A DNA stretch of 64,000 nucleotides. Origin: Isurus oxyrinchus. Taxonomy: Eukaryota. Every line of letters begins with the position of its first letter. Position 1 is the first letter of the stretch. Below, piece by piece: positions 46,975 to 59,459 of this stretch. The translations under genes and the position numbers were made by a program. The stretch spans positions 248,001 to 312,000 of the forward strand of contig JANJGN010000052.1 of NCBI GenBank assembly GCA_026770705.1, read 5' to 3'. The notes below the pieces were generated by a model. It was not told the origin of the DNA. It saw only the letters and a program-made list of their open reading frames with translations, and made no database searches.

Positions 46975-49900
46975 ATGGGAAGCTCCCAGATGAAATGGCG
47001 ACTTGTCTTGTTCACTCTGACTTTGCTGCTCTCCCTGCAGCTGAGTCACTTCTTCTCCTTGTCGAGGTTAAGCTAAGAGATGTCCCTCTGGGTGAGGTGT
47101 TTCTTGCACATGACTCTACGTCTACCACCCAGATAGACTGGTCTCTTCCGCAGTTTGATATTATTATGTTCGTGCCTTTAATATTGTCGCCCTCTATGAA
47201 TTTAACATCATTTCCTTCTGTCGTTTCCCCTGAAATTCTCATTCTTGTTTTCAATCCCTCCTCAGCGACTCCCTATCTCTGTAACCTCCTCCAGCCCGTA
47301 CAACCCTCCCTATCTCTGTAAACTCCTCCAGCCCCTACAACCCTCCCTATCTCTGTAACTTCCTCCAGCCCCTACAACCCTCCCTATCTCTGTAACCTCC
47401 TCCAGCCCCTACACCCCTCCCTATCTCTGTAACTTCCTCCAGCCCCTACAACCCTCCCTATCTCTGTAACCTCCTCCAGCCCGTACAACCCTCCCTATCT
47501 CTGTAACCTCCTCCAGCCCCTACAACCCTCCCTATCTCTGTAACCTCCTCCAGCCCCTACTACACTCCCTATCTCTGTAACATCCTCCAGCCCCTACAAC
47601 AATCCCTATCTCTGTAACATCCTACAGTCTCTACAACCCTCCCTATCTCTGTAACCTCCTCCAGTCCCTATAACCCTCCCTATCTCTGTAACCTCCTCCA
47701 GAACCGACAACCCTCCCTATCTATGTAACCTCCTACAGTCCCCACAACACTCCCTATCTCTGTAACCTCCCCCAGGCCCCACAACTCTCACGATCACTGT
47801 AACCTCCTCCAGATCCTACAACCCTCCCTATCTCTGTAACCTCCTCCAGCACCTACAACCCTACCTATCTCTGTAACCTCCCCCAGGCCCCACAACCCTC
47901 ATGATCACTGTAACCTCCTCTAGACCCTACAACCCTCCCTATCTCTGTAACCTGCTCCAGACCCTACAACCCTCCCTATCTCTGTAACCTCCTCCAGACC
48001 CTACAACCCTCCCTATCTCTGTAACCTCCTCCAGGCCCCACGACCCTCAGAATCACTGTAACCTCCTCCAGCCCCTACAATGCTCATGAACTCTATAACG
48101 TCCTCTCCACACTATAACTCTCCCTATCTCTGTAACCTACTGTGGCCCCTACAACAGTATCTATTTTGGTAACCTCCTCCAGCCTCTACAACCCTCCCTA
48201 CCTCTGTAACCTCCTCCAGCCCCCACAACCCCCCCATCTCTGTAACCTCCTACAGCCCCTACAACCCTCCCTATCTCTGTAACCTCCTGCAGCCTCTAGA
48301 ACCCTCCCTATCTCTGTTATCTCCTACAGCCTCTACAACCCTCCCTATCTCTGTAACCTCCTCCAGCCGGAACAACCCTACCTAAATCTCTGGTCTGAGT
48401 CTCACTCCAGGGAATTCAGTCCCATAACGTCGGTCAACACTCCGTGCTGAGGGAGTGCTGCACTGTCAGAGGGTCAGTAGTGTGGAAGTGTTGCACTATT
48501 GGAGGGACAGTACTGAGAGAGTGCTATACTGTCGGAGGTCAGTACTGAGGAAGTGCTGCATTGTTACAGGGTCAGTACTGTGGAAGTGTTGCACTGTCGG
48601 AGGGTCAGTACTGAGGTAGCGCTGCACTGACGGAGGGACAGTACTGAGGGAGCGCAGCACTATCGAAGGGTTAATACTAAGGGAGTGCTGCAGTGTCAAA
48701 GGGTTAGTACTGAGGGAGCACAACAATGTTGAATGAGACATTAAACCGAGTCCCCCGTCTGCCCTCTCGGGCGGGTGTGAAAGATCCCACAGCCACTATT
48801 TGGAGGAAGAGCAGGGGGAGTTCTCCCCGGTGTCCTGGCACCAATATTTATCCCTCACCCAACATCACCAAAAACAGATGATCTAGGCCATGATCACATT
48901 GCTATTTGTGGGATCTTGCTGTGCACAAATCAGCTGCCACATTTCCTACAGTGTGAGTGCACTTCAAAAACATCCTTCAGTGGCTGTGAAATGCTTTGGG
49001 ATGTGGTGAAAGGCGTTAGAGAAATGCAAGTCTGTCCTCCTCCCCCTCTCTCTCCTGTACCTCTCTCTCTCTCTCTCCCTCTCCCTCAATCCTCCTCTCA
49101 CTTTCTCCCTGATAAATTCTTTCTTTTTGCAGGTTGACACTGCTTTAGGTTCTTCGACGATTGAGAAATCTGTGGATTCCCCGGACACGGTAGGTGGAAA
49201 TTCATTCCTTATTTTAAGGTTTCTCCCTGCTCGTTTCTTCCACAGAAAGTTTTCTGATTTCAAGCTGATTTCAGTGGCAGTCTGTCTCGGTTATACTCAG
49301 GAGGCATGTTTGAAATCGAGCCCCCCCCCCCGCCCCCGCCCAACTTTTTTGCAAAGCTGGGAAGAGGCAATTCCAAGGAAGTGAACATATCCCCACAGGA
49401 ATTTTAAATGTAACCCACGCCGGGAATAGTGAGAGGGAGACTGATCCAGCCTGGGAGTGGGTTAAAGAGAGGCTGGGAGTCGAGAGTCGGAGAGAGGGAT
49501 GGAATGGGGGACGGAGGGATTGGAAGAGAGAGACAGAGAGTGGGACGGGGAGGGGTGAAAGGGAAAGAACATAGGTGGGAGAGAGTGACAGAGGGAGAAA
49601 TTAAAGAAGAGATGCAGAGTGAGGGAAAGTGAAAAGGGAAGAGAGATTGTCCAAGAGAGAGAAATTAACAGGAAAGGGAGAGTTACAGAGTGAGCGAAAG
49701 GTACAAAAATAGTGTGAGAGAGAGGGAGAGATACAGAGTGGGAGAAGGAGACAGGGAGAGAGAGAGGGAGAGAGACAGGAAAAGGGAGAGAGGAGAGAAA
49801 GATTGGGAGAGAGGGCAATTGAGAGGAAGAGTAGGAGAGAGAGAGACAGGGAGAGGAGGAGTGGATGAGAGGAAGAGAGATAGAGATATGGAGCAGGAGA

Positions 49901-50050
49901 ACACCTCCTCCGGTCCCGATGTTCCTCCAAAATCTCTGACATTACTGCATCTCCCGGGACCCCCTGATTCCCATCGCTCCACCATTGGTGGCCGTGCCTT
50001 CAGCTGCCTGGGGCCCTGAGCTCCGGAATACCCTCCCTTAACCTCTCTGC

Positions 50051-50081
<31 letters not shown>

Positions 50082-51629
50082 TTAAGACGCTCCTTAAAAA
50101 CTGACATCTTTGACCAAGCTTTTGGTCACCTAACCCTAATATCTCCAGATGTGACTCAGTGTTAGACTTCTCTCTGATTTACGCTCCGGTAATGTGGGCT
50201 GGGACATTTTGCAATGTCAGAGGCGCTGTGTAAATGCAAGTTGTGAGTGTTATGTGGAAGGGAGACCCCAGGCGGCAGTCAGTGCCAGAGACTGGAGTCA
50301 TTGTGTGCAGACCATATCTAATCTCTCCGAATGCACAATCGGTTTGACTGTCAGCCAAAGCACTTTTGATATTTGATCCTTCTAACTGTTTATAACCAGG
50401 CCTACATCAAACACCGAGTGGCTGGTTAATCAACAGACACCTTAGAGGATCGAGTGAAAGACAAAGAGGACTTTGCATTTCTCTAGCGCCTTCCAACACA
50501 TCAGGACGTCCCAAAGTGTTTCGCAGACAATCAAGTGCTTTTTTTCTTTCATGTGAGGTCGCTGATGTACTGTGGGAAAAGAATCAGCCATTGGCGCACA
50601 GTAAGATCCCACAGACAGCAGCATGAAAATGACCAGCACGCTCCCAGTACTTGCACTGCAAGTGTCAGTTCAGGATGTGTGCTCGATTCTCTGCAACTCT
50701 CAGCTCTGAGTTAAAAGGACCACCAGGCATAATTGAGAAATTACCGAGCTGTCGGAGGGTCAGTACCGGCGGGGGTGCAGGACAGTCGGAGGGTCAGTAC
50801 TGAGGGGGTGCTGCATTGTCAGACGGTCAGTCTTGGAGTGCTGCACTGTCAGAGGGTCAGTACCGGCGGGGGACTGCACAGTCGGAGGGTCAGTACTGAG
50901 GGGGTGCTGCATTGTCAGACGGTCAGTACTGAGGGAGTGCTGCACTGTTGGAGGGTCAGTACTGAGGGGGTGCTGCATTGTCAGACGGTCAGTACTGAGG
51001 GAGTGCTGCACAGTCGGAGGGTCAGTACTGAGGGAGTGCTGCACTGTTGAAGGCGCTGTCTTTCAGATGAGATGTTAAACTGAGACAACATCTGCCCTCT
51101 CAGATGGATGTAGAGGATTCCATGGCCACAATTTAGATGAAGTGCGTCAGGAGTTGGGGGTATGTGTGGAGGGGGTGGTGGGGGGTGGATGGGGTGGAGT
51201 TATGTCCGCTTTCCTGGGGCAAACATTTATCCCTCAACTGACATTGGTAAAAAACTGAAAATCGGGGCCATTATCACATTTCTGTTTGTGGGATCTTGCT
51301 GTGCGTGAATTGCCTGCTGCGTTTCCTACATTACAGCGGTGAGCCCACTTCAGAAAAAGTCCTTCCTTCAGCTGTGGAACACTTTGGGCCATCCTGAGGA
51401 GGGGAAAGGCGCTATAGAAATGCGCCATCCTCCTTCCAATGACGCGCCTGATTGAAATGATGCCTTCTTTCTTTCCGGAATGTTCTCACCTATTGTCCTC
51501 CTGCTTTTCCAGGGCTCCTTGCTGCAGCGCCAGAAGAGAATGAGCAGACAGCGGCCCTGCAGATTCTGCTGTCACTGCTGTAATTGGAGAGAACCAAATG
51601 AGACTTGTGGTATCTGCTGTAGATATTAG
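46975..51629 (+). pseudogene. HAMP: Hepcidin, right copy; exons 46975-47067, 49133-49189, 51513-51629; exon frames intact but intron-1 donor GT>TT
   Basis: Mature peptide MSRQRPCRFCCHCCNWREPNETCGICCRY*. The donor reads AGG|ttaag at 47068 versus AGG|gtaag in the left copy. Hepcidin identity is secure; pseudogene status rests on one base. Confidence 0.85.
47270..48370. repeat. 39-bp minisatellite in HAMP intron 1 (right)
   Basis: About 28 units. Confidence 0.9.
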
Positions 51630-51957
51630 ACCCTGGCCTCATTCACGCAAGGTCATCCTGCACCATGCCACAGCCTCTCCCCTCCTTATCTACTGCTTAG
51701 CAATCTATTTCACACAGGCCCTGTTCATTAATTCCAACTGAAACTTTACCTGTGTTTTACAGCAGGGAAAGAAGCCATTTGGCCCATCTGCTCCATGCTG
51801 GTGTTTCTGCTCCACACGAGTCTCCGCCCACGCCTTCTCCATCTCACCCCATCACCATATCCTTCTATTCATTTCTCCCTCATGTGTTTATCCAGCTTCC
51901 CCTTAAATACATCGACACTATTCACCTCACGTGACTGTGTTTGTGTCTGTCTTTATG

Positions 51958-51989
<32 letters not shown>

Positions 51990-54107
51990 ACTGTCAATAT
52001 GTGTGTGTCAATGTGAATGAGTGAGTGTGTCAGTGTGTCTGTGTGTGTGTGTGTGACTGTCAATATGTGTGTGTCAATGTGAATGAGTGAGTGTGTCAGT
52101 GTGTCTGTGTGGGTGTGTGTGACTGTGTCAGTGTGTGTCAATGTGAATGAGTGAGTGTGTCAGTGTGTCTGTGTGGGTGTGTGTGACTGTGTCAGTGTGT
52201 GTCAATGTGAATGAGTGAGTGTGTCAGTGTGTCTGTGTGGGTGTGGGTGTGTGAGTGTGCAAGTGAATGTGTGAGGAATCTTATGACTAAGTCATTTGAA
52301 TGGATGTTACTGGGGTTAATGATAGTTAAAATTCAGAGAGATGTAAAGCGGGCTCCTGATTTTGCTGCTTTATGCTCCCGGGCACAGATTCACCCCGACA
52401 ATGTGTTCATGATTCACCATTATCTTGTCGGGACTTTAATTGTAAATATTGTGCTTTGTAAAAAAAAAATGAATAAACAACTTTTGTCTTCACAAAGTGT
52501 CTGGCTTGGTATTTCAGGCTACTTGTCTCTCCCTCACCCTCCCCCCCCACCATGCCCCCCACACCAGGGAACAATTGTCCCCCCTTCCTCTGAAGTTCTG
52601 GGTAAAGATCAGCTTTGTTCAATGCAAGCTGTTCCGACATCGAGAACGTTGTTACAAATATCTCACAAAGGGCACACGGCATGATAGCCCACTTTCAACA
52701 GATTTTACCAGTTGACCAGGTTGAAAACCTTTTCATAAACCACAACGTAGGTGTTCAATTCTTGCTGCTGTTTGCTTAATGTTCTCATAACTGCTATAAC
52801 CTCTCTAGTTCCACTACATAACAACACAAACATAAATAAACAGAAGCAGGAGTAGGCCTTTTGGCCTCCCAAGCCTGCTTGTCCATTCAATTTGAACCTG
52901 GCTCCTGCTGAAAGTTATTTAAGTTGAAGCGATAAAGCCATCAGGTGCAGGGATTAAAATGTAAGCAAAGGAAAAATAATACTTAGACATGAGATTTAAA
53001 ATCAGTTTCTGTGAAGAATCATACTGAGGCCATTCTTTCCAGAGTGAAGGGTTTAAAACTAGGAGTCACATTCAGCAGCTGCGTTGTCTTCTCTAGTTGA
53101 CTATTTGGAGGTTGCCTGTAGATGTGAATCAGCAGGTCAGCAGCTTTGGGGAGTGAGTGAAGGTCCCTTTTATTTACAGGATCTGCCACAGGGTGTGCAG
53201 GAATATTCCTGCTCAATTCTCCATCCTTGCATTCATGAAGGGTTGGAAACTGGAAGTCATATTCAGCAGCTGCAATGGCCTCTGTAGCCAACTGTCTGGA
53301 GGTTGCCTGTACAGGTGGACTCAGCAGGTCAACAGCTTTGTAGGGCGGGGGGGGTGCATGGGTAGTAAAGGTCCCTTTACTTTAAAGGCTCTGCCAGTGC
53401 AACACTTGATGATCCTGGGTCAAAACCATGTATCACCCTCCCCAACAGCACTGTGGATGTGCCCTATGGAGGTTCCTTGGCTTCGACAAGCAGCCTACCA
53501 GCTCTGCTCTCAATTCCTCTTCGCACTTGCTTCCTTCCTCCTCTGGTCTTTACTTTGTTATAGTGTTAGTGTCCGCTCTGCCTTTTTTGTAGCTTTCCCA
53601 ATTCTTCCCACCAACTCTCTCTGGCTTGATCCTTCTCTGTGCTCATCTCATTGGTTTGGGTTTCTATCCGTTCATTGACCTGGTGTAATCTGAAACTGGT
53701 GCAATCAGGTAGGGGTGGGGGGGTTGGCGCTGGCCGTGGGTGGTGATACACGGCTACCTTTTTACCAAAATTCTTTCACGGGATGTGGACAGCGTTTGTT
53801 ACCTGTTCCTGACTGACCCCTTGAGAAGGGGGTGCTGAGCTGCCTTTTCGAAGTGCTGCAGTTCGCCTGGTTTGACTGGTCTGTGGCGGGTTTTGATATA
53901 ACTCAGTGGCTTGCTCGGCCATTTCAGGGGCCAGTTAAGAGTCAACCACATTGCTGTGGGTCAGGAGTCACACGTAGGCCAGAATGGGTAAGGACGGCAG
54001 GTTTCCTTCCCCAAAGGGCATTAGTGACCCAGATGGGTTTTTGCAACAATTGGCCTTAGTTTCATGGTCACCATTACTGAGACTAGCTTCGCATTCCAGA
54101 TGTCACA

Positions 54108-56050
54108 TCCAGTCGTGGACAATTAAACAACTCACTGGAGGAGGAGGCTCCACAAATATCCCCATCCTCAATGATGGAGGAGCCCAGCACATCGGTGCAA
54201 AAGACAAGACTGAAGCATGCGCAACAATCTTCAGCCAGAAGTGCTGAGTGGGTGATCCATCTCGGCCTCCTCCGGAGGTCCCCAGCATCAGAGATGCCAA
54301 TCTTTAGCCAATTCGACTAATTCCACGTGACATCAAGAAAGGGCTGAAGGCACTGGATATTGCAAAGGCTCCAGGCCCTGACAATATTCTGGCAATAGTA
54401 CTGAAGACTTGTGTTCCAGAACTTGCTGCGCCCCTAGCCAAGCTTTTCTGGAATTTTCTAGTACAGCTGCAACACTGGCAACTACCCGGCTATGGGGTAC
54501 GTCCTGTACACAAAAAGCAGGACAAATCCAACCCAGCCAATTCCCCAGCGGTCTATTCTTGATCATTACTAAAGTGATGGAAGGGGTCATCAACAGCGCT
54601 TGCAAGAAGCACCTGCTTAGCAAGAACCTGCTCACTGACGCTCAGTTTGTGTTCCACCAGGATCATTCAGCTCCTGCCCTCATTACAGCCTTGGTTCAAA
54701 CATGCACAAATGAGCTGAACTCCAGAGGTGAGAGGGACTGCCCTTGACATCAAGGCAGCATTTGACTGAGTGTGGCAAATCAAGGAGCCCGAGCAAAACT
54801 GGAGTCAATGGGAATCGGGGGAAAACTCTCCGCTGCTTGGAGTCATACCCAGCACAAAGGACGATGGTTGTGATTATTGGGGGTCAATCATCTCAGTTCC
54901 AGGACATCACTGCAGGAGTTACTCAGGGTAGTGTCCTAGGCTCAAACATCTTCAACTGCTTCATCAATGACCTTCCTTCCATCATAAGGTCAGAAGTGGG
55001 GATGTTTGCTGATGTTTGCACAATGTTCAGCACCATTCACGGCTCCTCAGATACTGAAGCAAGTTATGTCCAAATTCAGCAAGACCTGGACAACATCCAG
55101 GCTTGGGCTGACAGGTGACAAGTAACATTCATGCCACACAAGTACCAGGCACTGACCAGCTCCAACAAGAGAGAATCTCATTGAAGGTGCAGAAAATTTG
55201 GATTTATGTTCAAGAGCCAGCCAGGACCAGCAGCTAGGGCGCCAAAGCGTACACATCCTTACGTGAAAACTTAAAAACCTGTACTAAGGGCTCAGTTGGA
55301 AATTTGCAATGAGGAAATGGGAGACACACACACAAGGACACAGGGTGACTCAATCAAGAAATGGGGAAGGTTATTTCACACCCTCCGATGGCCTTGAACC
55401 ACATCCAGTCAGCCCTCAGAAACCTTTTGTATCGAACAAACATAGATTCTTTGCTGTCTCAAAAGGACAATAGCCAGTCTCTGCCCTGTAATTACTGAAC
55501 AAGAACACAATTATCAGCCCACCGGAGGGTCATTGTACTGTGGCCTTGTCTAACTAATACCATTACCTTGTAACTGAGAGTAAAAAATATATAAACTGTG
55601 CTCATTTGAACCTCGGTGGAGAAGTGCCTGGACTGCCCAGCGTTTGCTCCCCACATGCCTAATAAAGGAACCACTTGAATATTGCATCTGGAGTCCGAGT
55701 GTTGAAATTTTGTACCAGAATATTCCACAGACCATTCATAACCATTGCCCCTTGGCATTCAATGGCATTACCATCAATGAATCCCCCAATATCAACATCC
55801 TGGGAGTTATCATTGAGCAGAAACTGAACTGGACCAGCCATATAAACACTGTGGCTGCAAGAGCAGGTCAGAGGCTCAGAATCCTGCAGACAGTATCTCA
55901 CCTCCTGACTCCCCAAAGCCTGTCCACCATCTACAACGCACAAGTCAGGAGTGTGATGGAATACTCTCCACATGCCTGGATGAGTGCAGCTCCAACAACA
56001 CTCAAGAAGCTCGACCCCATCCAGGACAAAGCAGCCCGATTGATTGGCTC
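54108..56050 (+). mobile_element. Degenerate non-LTR retrotransposon RT (mirror of 6968-8905)
   Basis: Same motifs and the same internal interruption. Confidence 0.88.
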
Positions 56051-57554
56051 CCCTTCCACAGAGCTAGATAGATTCTTGATTAACAAGAGGGTGAAAGGTC
56101 ATTGGGGGTAGGCAGGAATGTGAGGTTGAGGTGACAATCAGATCAGCCATGATCTTACTGAATGGCGGAGCAGGTTCGAGGGGCTGAGTGACCTACTCCT
56201 GATCCTAACTCAGATATCCATATGTTCTCAAAGGCAATTGGGGATGGGCAACAAATACTGGCCTAGCCAGCGACACCAACATCCCTGAAATGAATAAGAA
56301 AAAAATGTATCAATCAATTAAATTTATTGATTAATGGAATTGAAATTCCTCCAGCTGCCGTGGTGGGATTTGAACCCGTGCCTTCAAAGTATTCACCTGG
56401 GCCTCTGGATCACTGGCCTAGTGCCATTCCCATTGTGCGACTGTCTGCTATCATCATGGCTCTTTCACATCGATGTGGAAGTCCTGATAACAGAAGCATT
56501 GGACGAGGTACAGAAAGGTGACAAATCAGGAGCTCCATTGCTCAATATGAACGGATAATAAAGATAAATGAACATAAACCTTCCAGTCGCTAATTAGGGA
56601 GTCACTGTGGAGCCCATGAGTCCCTCGCAGCGCTATTGCAACCTTCTGGATCCCCAGTAGGGGACTCGGGGTGCAGCTGTGTCTTCCTCATCATTTGGAA
56701 AAGCCGGAATTGTTCGGGTGCCCCTTCAAACAGGCCGAAGATGCAGTGGGTGATGTCTCCCACAGGCCCTGGGAGACCTCCCCTGCCAATTTGTTTTGTA
56801 GCTTATTCTTCAACTGCGACATTGGATCAGCTTGAAAAAGGGTGAGGCTGAGGCAATACCACCAGGTAAGCTTCTATCCCCTCCCACTTCACCCCCCCAC
56901 CCCCGTAACCATCACAGTCCCTCCCATCGTGCTGGAGGAGCATAATGTGCACATTCCCCTCCTTCCAATCAGTCTCCTCCCTTCCTCTCTAATCCTTGAT
57001 GTTATTGTGTTCAGGGTTGACATCCCAGTCCTCCTCCCTAGACGGTCTGATGTTGACATCCCAATGCCCCATGTAGATCTGACCTCTCTCCAACTAGAGG
57101 CCCATTGTACTGTGACTTACAGAGACCACCGGCCCCCCTCGATTCCCACCCCCACCCCTACTCTCTATATTACCTGCTCCCCACTGACCGGCTGCAGATG
57201 CCTCCCCTGACTGGGATTGTGCCACCTGCGGCCAGGTATCAAGCCACCCACCCCCAGGATGGACGTGTGTGAGGGACTGACCACGTCCTGCACACCATGC
57301 TGGGCACGACCAACCCAGGACTGCCAGGCTGTCCCCACCACACTGGACTGGGACTAGAATAGGCATGCCAAGCACAGCTCTCTAAATCGTGGCACAGACC
57401 CACAGCACTCGCAATGTTTTGTGGCCCGAATCCTTGCTGAGGAACTGCCCAGCACTAAAAGCAAAAAAACTGCAGATGCTGGAAATCCAAAACAGAAACA
57501 GAAACAGAAATACCTGGAAAAACTCAGCTGGTCTGGCAGCATCGGCGGAGAAGA

Positions 57555-58035
57555 ACTGAGGTAGTGCGGCACTGTCGGAGATTCAGTACTGAGGGAGTGC
57601 TGCACTGTCGGAGGTTCAGTACTGAGGGAGTGCTGCACTGTCGGAGGGTTTGAACTGAGGGAGTGCTGCACTGTCGGAGGCTCTGAATTGAGGGAGTGCT
57701 GCACTGTCGGAGGGTTTGAACTGAGGGAGTGCTGCACTGTCGGAGGCTCTGAAATGAGGGAGAGCTGCACTGTCGGAGGCTCTGAAATGAGGGAGTGCTG
57801 CACTGTCGGAGGGTCTGAAATGAGGGAGTGCTGCACTGTCGGAGGCTCTGAAATGAGGGAGTGCTGCACTGTCGGAGGGTTTGAACTGAGGGAGTGCTGC
57901 ACTGTCGGAGGGTATGAACTGAGAGAGAGCTGCACTGTCGGAGGGTTTGAACTGAGGGAGTGCTGCACTGTAGGAGGGTCTGAACTGAGGGAGTGCTGCA
58001 CTGTTGGAGGGTCAGGACTGAGGGAGTGCTGCGCT
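57555..58035. repeat. 33-bp minisatellite (mirror of 4845-5460)
   Basis: gagggagtgctgcactgtcggaggg..tgaact units. Confidence 0.9.
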
Positions 58036-58744
58036 GTCTAAAGAACATTGTACAAATTGCACAAAATTGCATCTGATGCCTGTGTCTCATGCTAACATGA
58101 AGTTCATGCACACAACAGGAATATTTCTCGCTGTTTCTCTGCAGCAAGACAGCTTTGATATCACACCAGCCACTGGCAAGTGTGTGCAGCTACAATGTGA
58201 CATGTTTACATTGGAAATTTCTATTATAAAGATGGACAGAGGAATTCATCTGATTGGAAAACGTGACAACATGAAGTAATGTCTTTGAGCCAAGTATTTT
58301 GCAGCAAAACAAGAATTTTAATCTTTAAATATCTACAGAACAGGCTGAGCATTTTAATCACTTGTGTTAATCAATGTAATTTTATTCATAACCCAAATGC
58401 TTCTTACAATCTATCGCAGCATGAAAAAGGTGCAGCATTCAGAAAGCACATTCCAATCAGAGAACAGAGTTTAGCAACGTCACATTTCTGTTCATTCCTA
58501 TTCGACCATGTTGGCTGCACACAGCCAGACAATGCCGTGGTTATGATGTGTCCACACAGCAGGACTGGGGAGCACCAGGTATAAGGAAAAGATTCAGCTT
58601 GCTGAGGAGAAGAAGGAGAATCTCTCGTTCCAGGTTTCTCTCCGTACATTAAGAAGCAGGCATGTCGATGTTTCATTGCACTCTGTCTGCTGATGGGAGA
58701 CCGCTTGGAAATTGCTGTTTGTGCTGATGGAAAGAATAAGCTTT

Positions 58745-59325
58745 TCATAAATCGAGGGAATGAGTACAAACACAGGGAGGTTATGCTGAACATTTATAAA
58801 GCTCTGGTTAGGTCACAACTAGAGTATTGTGTCCAGTTCTGGTCTCCTCACTTTGGGAAGGAAGTGAGGGTCCTTGAGAGGGTGGGGAGGAGATTGAGCA
58901 GAATGGGTCCAGGGATGAGGGATTTTAGCTACAAGGTTGGGTTGGAGAAGCTGGGGTTGTTCTCCTTGGAACAAAGGAGATTGAGGGGGGATCTGATCGA
59001 GGTGTACAAGATGATGATGGGTTTAGATAATGTAGACAAAGAGAAGCTGTTGCCATTAGCTGATGGGACAAGGACTGGGGGACACAGATTGAAGGTTTTG
59101 GGCAGAGGGGGGATGTGAGAAGGAACTTTTTTACACAGCGAGTGGTAATGAGCTGGAACTCGCTGCCTACGAGGATGGTGGAAGTGGAGACAATGAACGA
59201 TTTCAAACAGAAATTGGACGGACACTTGGAAATAAACTCACAGGGATACGGAGATAGAGCGGGGGAATGGGACTGACTGGATTGCTCTACAGAGAGACAG
59301 CATGGACTCAATGGGCCAAATGTCC
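58745..59325 (+). mobile_element. CR1-type LINE 3' fragment (mirror of 3540-4135)
   Basis: YKALVRSQLEYCVQFWSP...RRLRGDLIEVYK. Confidence 0.88.
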
Positions 59326-59459
59326 TCCTCCATTGCTGCAATAACTCGATGATACGGAGATGATTCTAACCAGGATTCTGACCAGTTTCATTACAACTTA
59401 ACCCAACATCACACGTTATTTGTCCGCACTGACTGACCAGATTGTTGCTGTACAAAGCT

